From: an archaeon
GTDB lineage: Archaea > Iainarchaeota > Iainarchaeia > Iainarchaeales > JAAZKV01
Assembly (NCBI GenBank): GCA_038046585.1
Contig: JBBSVX010000016.1
Coordinates: 1-51,112 of the forward strand
Direction: 5' to 3'
Length of the DNA stretch: 51,112 bases
Below are positions 44,796 through 51,112 of this stretch, in pieces. The notes beneath the pieces are model-generated. The model did no database searches, had not been told where the DNA came from, and worked only from the letters and a program-made list of their open reading frames with translations. Every line of letters starts with the position of its first letter. Position 1 is the stretch's first letter. The translations under genes and the position numbers were made by a program.

Positions 44796-45783
44796 TAACC
44801 TCGCGCTCCACTTCAGCCATATCAGAATCAACCATTAATTTCACAAGTTGTTTGAAAGTGGTTTTTGGAGCCCACCCCATTTTTTTCTTGGCTTTTGAAG
44901 GATCGCCAATTAGCAAGTCAACTTCTGCAGGGCGCATGTAACGCTGATCAATCTTAACATACTTTTTCCAATCAAGACCTGCGTAAGAGAACGCTTCTTC
45001 AAGAAATTCTTTAACACTGTGAGTTTCGCCTGTAGCGACAACATAATCCTCAGGCTCTTTTTGCTGAAGCATCAGCCACATTGCTTCAACATATTCCTTT
45101 GCGTAACCCCAATCTCTTTTTGCATCAAGGTTTCCTAAATATAATTTGTCTTGCAAACCGAGCTTAATTTTTGCAATCGCTTTTGTAATCTTTCTTGTAA
45201 CAAATGTTTCTCCTCTTCTTGGCGATTCGTGATTGAAGAGTATTCCATTGCACGCAAATATGTTGTAACTTTCGCGATAGTTTCTTGTTATCCAGTAACC
45301 AAATACTTTTGAGCACCCGTAGGGACTTCTTGGATAGAAAGGAGTAGTTTCAGATTGTATAGGCTCTTGAACCTTGCCGAACATTTCGGAGCTTGAAGCC
45401 TGATAAAATTTTGTTTGAGGCGAAAATGATCTTATTGCTTCAAGACAACGAAGAACTCCTAAACCAGTAATATCGCAAGTGTATTCTGGTTCGTCAAAGC
45501 TTACTCTTACATGACTCTGTGCACCCAAGTTATAGAACTCATCTGGTTGAACATCTCTCACAACTTTTCCTATACTCGAAGAATCTGAAAGGTCACCATA
45601 AATCAAATGAAGCTTTGGTTTTTCGTGAGGATCCTTGTAAATGTGATCAATTCGGCCAGTGTTAAATGAGCTCGAGCGTCTAATGATTCCGTAAACTTCA
45701 TAACCTTTTGAAAGAAGGAGTTCAGCCAAATATGAGCCGTCTTGCCCAGTAATCCCGGTGATTATAGCTTTCTTTTGAACCAT
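44773..45783 (-). CDS. gmd: GDP-mannose 4,6-dehydratase
   Basis: [46 protein letters not shown] is the canonical Gmd N-terminus. Also [12 protein letters not shown] and NHESPRRG. Confidence 0.95.
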   Translation of the reverse strand: MVQKKAIITGITGQDGSYLAELLLSKGYEVYGIIRRSSSFNTGRIDHIYKDPHEKPKLHLIYGDLSDSSSIGKVVRDVQPDEFYNLGAQSHVRVSFDEPEYTCDITGLGVLRCLEAIRSFSPQTKFYQASSSEMFGKVQEPIQSETTPFYPRSPYGCSKVFGYWITRNYRESYNIFACNGILFNHESPRRGETFVTRKITKAIAKIKLGLQDKLYLGNLDAKRDWGYAKEYVEAMWLMLQQKEPEDYVVATGETHSVKEFLEEAFSYAGLDWKKYVKIDQRYMRPAEVDLLIGDPSKAKKKMGWAPKTTFKQLVKLMVDSDMAEVEREVNGTKGKK

Positions 45784-45865
45784 AAAAAAACATAGAGCAA
45801 CTCCTTTTTTAATAGGCAATAGTACAAATATAAATTAAGCAAGAAGACAAGAAACAGTGTTTTTC

Positions 45866-46885
45866 ATGAACTACATCCTTTCCCCAACTTCCTTTTTTGT
45901 TAATGAACTTCATAACCCTACTCTTGGAACCGCCGGCCAGTATTTTTACTATTTGATAGAGAAAAAAGGCCTTAGCCATAAGCAGCTCGTGAAGAGGCTT
46001 GGAGCGAAAGGTTTCTTTTCAGGTGTCAAGGATAGGAATGCGACTACAAAGCAGTGGTTCTGCTCTAATTATCCGATTGATGAAAGGAAAGAAAAGGATT
46101 TGACTGTCACATTCAAGGGAATGGGTAAAGAAAGACTCTTTGTCGGTGCGCATAAGGCGAATGCGTTTGAAGTGGATGTATTTCTTGATGAAGGCGAGTG
46201 GGATAATTTGACCAAGTTCAAGCCAAAGAACGAGCTTGTGTGCAATTATTTTGGAGAACAAAGATTTGATAAGAGAGTGAATGATTTTGCCACCTCATTG
46301 AACGAGAAAAACTACGAAAAGGCACTGAAGATATTTTTGACAGAGAAGAGCGATTATGACTCGGAGCGAAGCAGTGCAATAAAGAAAACTACAATAAATA
46401 ATTGGGGCGATTGGAAGACGATTAAGGAAAGCGAGCACGTGAAAGGGACAAAGAAAGAAGAATTATTTGATTTCCTTGCAGCGCATTCAAAGGATTCTGA
46501 TTGCTTTGAGAAAGCATTTTTTTATGTTGAGAGAAAGAGCCTAAAAGAGTTCATCAAAGCATGCCAAAGCATTAGGTTTAACGCTGCACTCAATGATTTG
46601 GCAGAAAAGAAGCGTCCTAACAACTTTTTCGCTGAAATAAACAAAGCAAAACTAAGGATGAGCGCATCAAAGGCCTTCCCTAGATCCCTATCTATTGAAG
46701 GAACAGAATTTGAAAAAAGTTTAGGGGTAAGAAGAGTTGAAAGAAAGACCTTCTTTGGTGCGTCAAAGTTTAAGGCGAAGAAAATCTCAGGAAACAAAGT
46801 AACTTTGGTTTTTGAGCTTGCGCGCGGATCATACGCAACAGTGTTTTTAGAATTCCTCAAAAGCTATCTCGCATCAAAAAAATGA
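45866..46885 (+). CDS. truD: tRNA pseudouridine synthase TruD/Pus7 family
   Basis: GVKDRNATTKQ (catalytic Asp motif), NYFGEQRFD and ARGSYATVFLEFL. Confidence 0.8.
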   Translation: MNYILSPTSFFVNELHNPTLGTAGQYFYYLIEKKGLSHKQLVKRLGAKGFFSGVKDRNATTKQWFCSNYPIDERKEKDLTVTFKGMGKERLFVGAHKANAFEVDVFLDEGEWDNLTKFKPKNELVCNYFGEQRFDKRVNDFATSLNEKNYEKALKIFLTEKSDYDSERSSAIKKTTINNWGDWKTIKESEHVKGTKKEELFDFLAAHSKDSDCFEKAFFYVERKSLKEFIKACQSIRFNAALNDLAEKKRPNNFFAEINKAKLRMSASKAFPRSLSIEGTEFEKSLGVRRVERKTFFGASKFKAKKISGNKVTLVFELARGSYATVFLEFLKSYLASKK

Positions 46886-46912
46886 CTCTTTTCTCGAGCG
46901 CAAAGTAAAAGG

Positions 46913-46922
46913 ATATATAAAT
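46913..46922 (+). promoter_or_regulatory. strong TATA box for the surface-protein gene
   Basis: The purine-rich AAAGTAAAAGG is followed by ATATATAAAT, about 43 nt upstream of the ATG. The SD-like AAGGGGTG lies in between. Confidence 0.5.
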
Positions 46923-46964
46923 ACTTTCTTTCTAATCAATCCAACAATAAGGGGTGTTGGTAGG

Positions 46965-49649
46965 ATGTATAATTTCAGAGTTTTAGGAGTAATCTTAGTT
47001 TTAATGGCTTTTTTTGCAACGAGCGCTTTTGCTGCCTCATCAATAATTGATTTTAACATTAATAATGATGCGACCTATATCTCAAGCACTTCAGCAACAC
47101 TTTACCCAGCAATAACAGCTGATGCTAACTGTACTATGTGCTTTTCAGAAAACTCTGACTCAAACGTGTGTGCAACATACATCACTTGCGCAAGCACTAG
47201 CCAAGTATTTACCCTTTCTTCAACAGCAGGAACAAAAACCGTCTATCTTTTTGTAAAAGACAATGCAATTCTGACAACTTCAGACAGCGATACAATAACT
47301 CTTGACAACAACTTTCCAACCTACTCAATAAGCGGAGTAACAGATGGAAACTATTACAACACTACTTCATTTACAATAACAATCACCCCCGTAGACAACT
47401 CGGGTATTGCTTCAAGCGCGTACACTCTTAACGGATCAACAGTAACAAGCCCCATAAGCACAGGAACTCTTACTGATGGAAATCATGTCGTTACAGTTGA
47501 CCTAAATGATGTTGCCGGCAATAGAACTCTCGGCGCATTTTGGTTTGTTGTAGACACAAACACTCCAACTTTCTCAACTCTAACTTCGAGTTATTCATCT
47601 TCATACACTAATGATGAAGAGCCTGATTTTAACGCAACTGCAAGCGACATTAATTGGGGAATGACTAGCGGAATAATTGCTTTCTCCTGCGCTAGCAGCG
47701 GAACATATTACACTGCAACTTACTCGCAGATATTTAGCACATTCAACATAACTTCAACAGGATACGACTGCAACACAGCCGACGGAAACAAAATCGTTTA
47801 TGTTAAAGTTAGAGACAGGGCAGGAAACTGGAGTTCTGTAAAGAACGTCAATGTTCTTTATGATAACAATTCCCCTTCAGTACCTAGCGGATTAACTGCA
47901 ACTGCAGGAGACAGACAAGTTGCTCTAGCTTGGACCGCTCCAAGCGCAGATAATTTATCAGGAAACAAAGAGTACAAAGTTTACAAAGACGGATCTGTTT
48001 ATTCTACAACAACAAGCACTTCCCTAACAGTAACCGGACTCACAAACGGAACTTCTTACACATTCAAGGTAGCTACTGTAGATAATGCAGGAAACGAAGG
48101 CTCAGCTACAAGCAACGTTTCGGCCACTCCTAGCGGAGCGACTACTTCAGTATCAGTAAAGAAAGCAGGATCAATCGCATACTATGTAAAAACAGGCGAT
48201 TCACTAGCAATCGAATGTTCCTATTCAGCGACTGCTGATGCTGCAAGAATAAAGTATCGATACCGTTCGCCTGACGTGGACTCGCAAACACTTAGAGGAC
48301 CAACTAATGCCGTGACAAGCCTTTCAGAAAACCACACAGTTATTTCAGGAAATTACGAAAGAATAGAGTTTTGGTGCGAAGGAACAACAACCGAAACAAT
48401 CACTTCAGGAACAGTAACTGTGACTATTGACAATGTAGCCCCTACATTGACTTGGAATGATACCAACACGAAATTTGTCGGAAAGAAAAGAATCGGCGCA
48501 ATAGTAACTGAACCATTCCTAGACAAAGTGGAAATATTATTCAAAGGAACATACATGCAAACAACAAAGGACACCAACAATGGGAACCTTTACTACTATG
48601 ATTTGAACACCATGCTTTACGAGAACGGAAGTTACGCACTAAAGGCGATAGCTTACGATAAAGCAGGAAACCAGAAATCAATCGACATGAATATCACAAT
48701 AGAAAATATTCTTTCAATATCGCAAAAAGCCACAAAAGCAATTGCTGATGCGAAAGCGAAAAAACAGGAAGTTGTAGACATAATGAGCATCTACTCCGAA
48801 AAAGGATTAATATTTGCTGACGAGCTTACAACAAAAAAAGATAACGCAGATAAGTTGCTTTCAGAAGCTGAAAGTACTGTGGCAACTAATGCGACACTTG
48901 CATATGAGAAAGCAAGCCAAGCAAAAAGCCTTTATGATGAGATAAAAATCGTTGCAACAATAACTCCGTTCCCTGATGGAACAAAAACATATGATTACAA
49001 CTCGGACAATTTGCTAAATCAGTTGGCTGCAATTGGACTTACTCCTGCAACCGCAAATGCAGCAAAGGCGTTGATTGAGTCTTCAGGAATAGAGAGGAAG
49101 ATAAGTGTTTTCGAAGTTGGGTCTGGAAAATACCAGGCGAACATCGAGATAACTTTCACTAACGACACAAATTCTGACGAAATAAGAATACTTGAAGTAA
49201 TACCAAAAGAACTGGCTGCTTCGGCATCGCAGATATACTCCGCAACAGCATTCACTGTTGTCCAAGAAGATCCTGTGATTGAGTTTGTCGTACCTGTAGA
49301 AAAAGGAGCAAAAGGCACTGTAACTTATGGTGTTGGAGAAATAACAAAAGAACAAGCAGATATGATAGTGCAGGGCAATTTGATAGCCAAATTTGCCGCA
49401 CCCCCGGTAATATTACCTGAGGGCACAACATCAGATTCGGCGCTTTCACCAATACTTGGCGGAGCAATAGCGGCAGGAATGTTGCTTTTCGTTATGGCAA
49501 TGTTCGCACTTGCCGCAGTTCTGATAGTTTTCTTCGCAAAGATAAATCTATCAGGCAAAGGCGGATTTGGAGAAAATAAAACAATATTTGAGCAATTATT
49601 TTCGCAGGGACCAGCGCCTGAAAAGAAAACCAAATGGGCAAAGAAGTGA
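46965..49649 (+). CDS. secreted, C-terminally membrane-anchored surface protein with Ig-like and fibronectin-III domains (S-layer/cell-surface candidate)
   Basis: Signal peptide MYNFRVLGVILVLMAFFATSAFA; FN3 domain PSVPSGLTATAGDRQVALAWTAPSADNLSGNKEYKVYKDG...YTFKVATVDNAGNEG; C-terminal TM segment AAGMLLFVMAMFALAAVLIVFF plus a basic tail. It carries many N-x-S/T sequons. Confidence 0.8.
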   Translation: MYNFRVLGVILVLMAFFATSAFAASSIIDFNINNDATYISSTSATLYPAITADANCTMCFSENSDSNVCATYITCASTSQVFTLSSTAGTKTVYLFVKDNAILTTSDSDTITLDNNFPTYSISGVTDGNYYNTTSFTITITPVDNSGIASSAYTLNGSTVTSPISTGTLTDGNHVVTVDLNDVAGNRTLGAFWFVVDTNTPTFSTLTSSYSSSYTNDEEPDFNATASDINWGMTSGIIAFSCASSGTYYTATYSQIFSTFNITSTGYDCNTADGNKIVYVKVRDRAGNWSSVKNVNVLYDNNSPSVPSGLTATAGDRQVALAWTAPSADNLSGNKEYKVYKDGSVYSTTTSTSLTVTGLTNGTSYTFKVATVDNAGNEGSATSNVSATPSGATTSVSVKKAGSIAYYVKTGDSLAIECSYSATADAARIKYRYRSPDVDSQTLRGPTNAVTSLSENHTVISGNYERIEFWCEGTTTETITSGTVTVTIDNVAPTLTWNDTNTKFVGKKRIGAIVTEPFLDKVEILFKGTYMQTTKDTNNGNLYYYDLNTMLYENGSYALKAIAYDKAGNQKSIDMNITIENILSISQKATKAIADAKAKKQEVVDIMSIYSEKGLIFADELTTKKDNADKLLSEAESTVATNATLAYEKASQAKSLYDEIKIVATITPFPDGTKTYDYNSDNLLNQLAAIGLTPATANAAKALIESSGIERKISVFEVGSGKYQANIEITFTNDTNSDEIRILEVIPKELAASASQIYSATAFTVVQEDPVIEFVVPVEKGAKGTVTYGVGEITKEQADMIVQGNLIAKFAAPPVILPEGTTSDSALSPILGGAIAAGMLLFVMAMFALAAVLIVFFAKINLSGKGGFGENKTIFEQLFSQGPAPEKKTKWAKK

Positions 49650-49721
49650 CACTTTTTTAGTCACAAATTTACTCCTTCCTACTGGAAGGAGGAAGTATTA
49701 ATTAGAAGTTAGGTCATAAAC

Positions 49722-50891
49722 ATGAACACAATGCACAGCATCGCAATCATAGGAGCAGGCCCCGCAGGTCTTGCCACCGCCATGCGACTTAAAGAAGAAG
49801 GTTTTGATTCTAGCGTTCTTGAAGAGCACGAAAAAGTAGGTTTGCCAGAACATTGCTCCGGGCTCATATCAAAAAAAGGGGTTGTGGAACTTGGGCTTCA
49901 TTTAGGAGATTCATTACAAAACGAAGTAAAAGGCGCAAAAATATTTTCGCCTAACGGAACAATGGTAAAAGTTGAAAGACCTGAAACTGTTGCTTACGTA
50001 GTTGACAGGAAAAAATTTGATCTAATGCTTCTAAGAAGGGCGAGGCTCATGAACATCCATGTTGCAACCCACACAAAACTAATTGATATCAGAAAAAACC
50101 CTAAACTTCCTGAAAGCACTTTATTTGTGCAAGTTGAAGGAAGAGGGGAGCTTAGAAAAGCCGAGCACATCATCGGCGCCGATGGAGCCATGTCAATGGT
50201 TAGGCATTTAATGGGAGTGAAAACAAATAAGGACCAATTTGTTCACACGATGCAGGCGACTTGCACAGGAAAATTTGACAAGCACTTTGTGCATATTTAT
50301 TTTGGGGACTACTCAAAAGGGTTCTTTGCTTGGATGATTCCTATCGGAGAAGACAAGGCAAAAATCGGTCTAGGAAGTTCTCTTGGGGATAACATAGCTG
50401 ATTCTTTTGACAGATTCTTAAAAGATAAATTTCCCGGAGTGACTCATGGAACTGTGCAATCGGCCCTCATTCCTTGCGGAGCACCGCTGAGCGGAATAAC
50501 AAAAAACAATGTCACTCTTGTAGGGGATTCAGCGTTCCACACAAAAGCTACTACTGGGGGCGGAGTAATATTTGGAATAAAATCTGGAAATATTTTGGCA
50601 GAAACTCTTGCGGATGTTTTCAACGGAAAGGCAGGTCTAAATGATTATGAGAAAAGGCTCGCACCGCTATACAAGGAACTACGAATGCACTGGAAGCTTA
50701 GAAGATATGCCAACTCAATCTCCAATGAGGAGATGGACAAATTATTCATGAAGCTTAAAGAAAAAGGAATTGAAGAATTTTTGAACAAGGAAGGAGATAT
50801 GGACAGCCCTTCTACTTTTATTGGAAAGCTTGCAACGAATCCCAAGTACTGGTTTATGGCAAAAACTCTAATTGATATTGCTAGAGCTTGA
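49722..50891 (+). CDS. FAD-dependent geranylgeranyl reductase family protein (archaeal lipid saturation)
   Basis: IAIIGAGPAGLATAMRL (FAD GxGxxG), HCSGLIS, IGADGAMSMVR and LVGDSAFHTKATTGGGV. Confidence 0.85.
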   Translation: MNTMHSIAIIGAGPAGLATAMRLKEEGFDSSVLEEHEKVGLPEHCSGLISKKGVVELGLHLGDSLQNEVKGAKIFSPNGTMVKVERPETVAYVVDRKKFDLMLLRRARLMNIHVATHTKLIDIRKNPKLPESTLFVQVEGRGELRKAEHIIGADGAMSMVRHLMGVKTNKDQFVHTMQATCTGKFDKHFVHIYFGDYSKGFFAWMIPIGEDKAKIGLGSSLGDNIADSFDRFLKDKFPGVTHGTVQSALIPCGAPLSGITKNNVTLVGDSAFHTKATTGGGVIFGIKSGNILAETLADVFNGKAGLNDYEKRLAPLYKELRMHWKLRRYANSISNEEMDKLFMKLKEKGIEEFLNKEGDMDSPSTFIGKLATNPKYWFMAKTLIDIARA

Positions 50892-50907
50892 AACCTTCCA
50901 AGAATCG

Positions 50908-50917
50908 CTTAAAAAGG
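50908..50917 (+). promoter_or_regulatory. TATA-like box for tRNA-Gln
   Basis: CTTAAAAAGG is centred about 30 nt upstream of the tRNA 5' end. Confidence 0.4.
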
Positions 50918-50941
50918 TTGTGCTCCCCAATTTTATTTGAT

Positions 50942-51014
50942 AGCCCTATCGTCCAGCGGCCAAGGATACGAGCCTCTGGAGCTCGGGACCCCAGTTCGAA
51001 TCTGGGTAGGGCTA
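50942..51014 (+). tRNA. tRNA-Gln (anticodon CUG)
   Basis: Hand-folded cloverleaf: acceptor AGCCCTA/TAGGGCT, D arm GTCC..GGAT, anticodon stem CGAGC/GCTCG with loop CT-CTG-GA, and T arm CCCAG-TTCGAAT-CTGGG. Discriminator is A, no CCA is encoded, and there is no intron. A T-rich tract follows. Confidence 0.85.
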
Positions 51015-51112
51015 TTTATTTTTATCAACTAAAGCCACTAAGTCCCTTTGCAAAAGGGACATGAGTCAATCGTTGCCGCCTGGCGAAAAAGGCGCTGCAG
51101 TCAGGGCTATTT

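Noticed and set aside
21327-45783. Interpreting the glycosylation island as a recently acquired mobile genomic island.
   Set aside because: I see no integrase, transposase, flanking direct repeats or tRNA at its borders within the window. I could not compute compositional deviation, so horizontal origin is left as an open check, not a claim.

Overview
AT-rich, tightly packed archaeal chromosomal window. Archaeal markers are eL42, P0/P1 stalk proteins, Spt5, SecE, TBP, AglB/STT3, geranylgeranyl reductase and a tRNA-Gln with an A1:U72 pair. TATA-like boxes and GGTG-type ribosome-binding sites are visible throughout. I infer a small-genome DPANN-type archaeon; this is not proven from the sequence. 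Left part (0-13 kb): two convergent uncharacterised wHTH/coiled-coil genes, eL42, a polytopic membrane protein followed 10 bp later by a 999-aa SMC-headed ATPase with a central CPVC (Rad50-like zinc hook) and no hinge, a signal-peptide-bearing AAA-less Lon (S16) protease, and a ~1231-aa protein with a class III (pilin-like) signal peptide, two Ig-like domains, GLUG-type repeats, a 7-blade FG-GAP region and a Cys/Asp-rich C-terminus. Middle (13-21 kb): the conserved ftsZ-secE-spt5-uL11-uL1-uL10(P0)-P1 cluster, TBP, an orphan 5S rRNA, a small ferredoxin and a PLP decarboxylase. Right (21-46 kb): a ~24-kb protein-glycosylation island anchored by aglB. It contains an Alg7-type GlcNAc-1-P transferase, a GT10 fucosyltransferase, a split Alg14/Alg13 pair, an 11-gene overlapping minus-strand operon (rmlA/rmlB, a 3,4-ketoisomerase, an aminotransferase, several glycosyltransferases and 2 methyltransferases), a fungal-type GT15-like enzyme, a Wzx flippase, ugd, gmd/fcl and three more methyltransferases. 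After the island come truD, a sequon-rich membrane-anchored Ig/FN3 surface protein, geranylgeranyl reductase and tRNA-Gln(CUG). I saw no CRISPR array, transposase or integrase. The items most worth a second look are the hinge-less SMC/zinc-hook hybrid, the pilin-signal giant adhesin with its neighbouring extracytoplasmic Lon protease, and the eukaryote-flavoured glycosylation toolkit, including an AglB with WWNNG in place of WWDYG.
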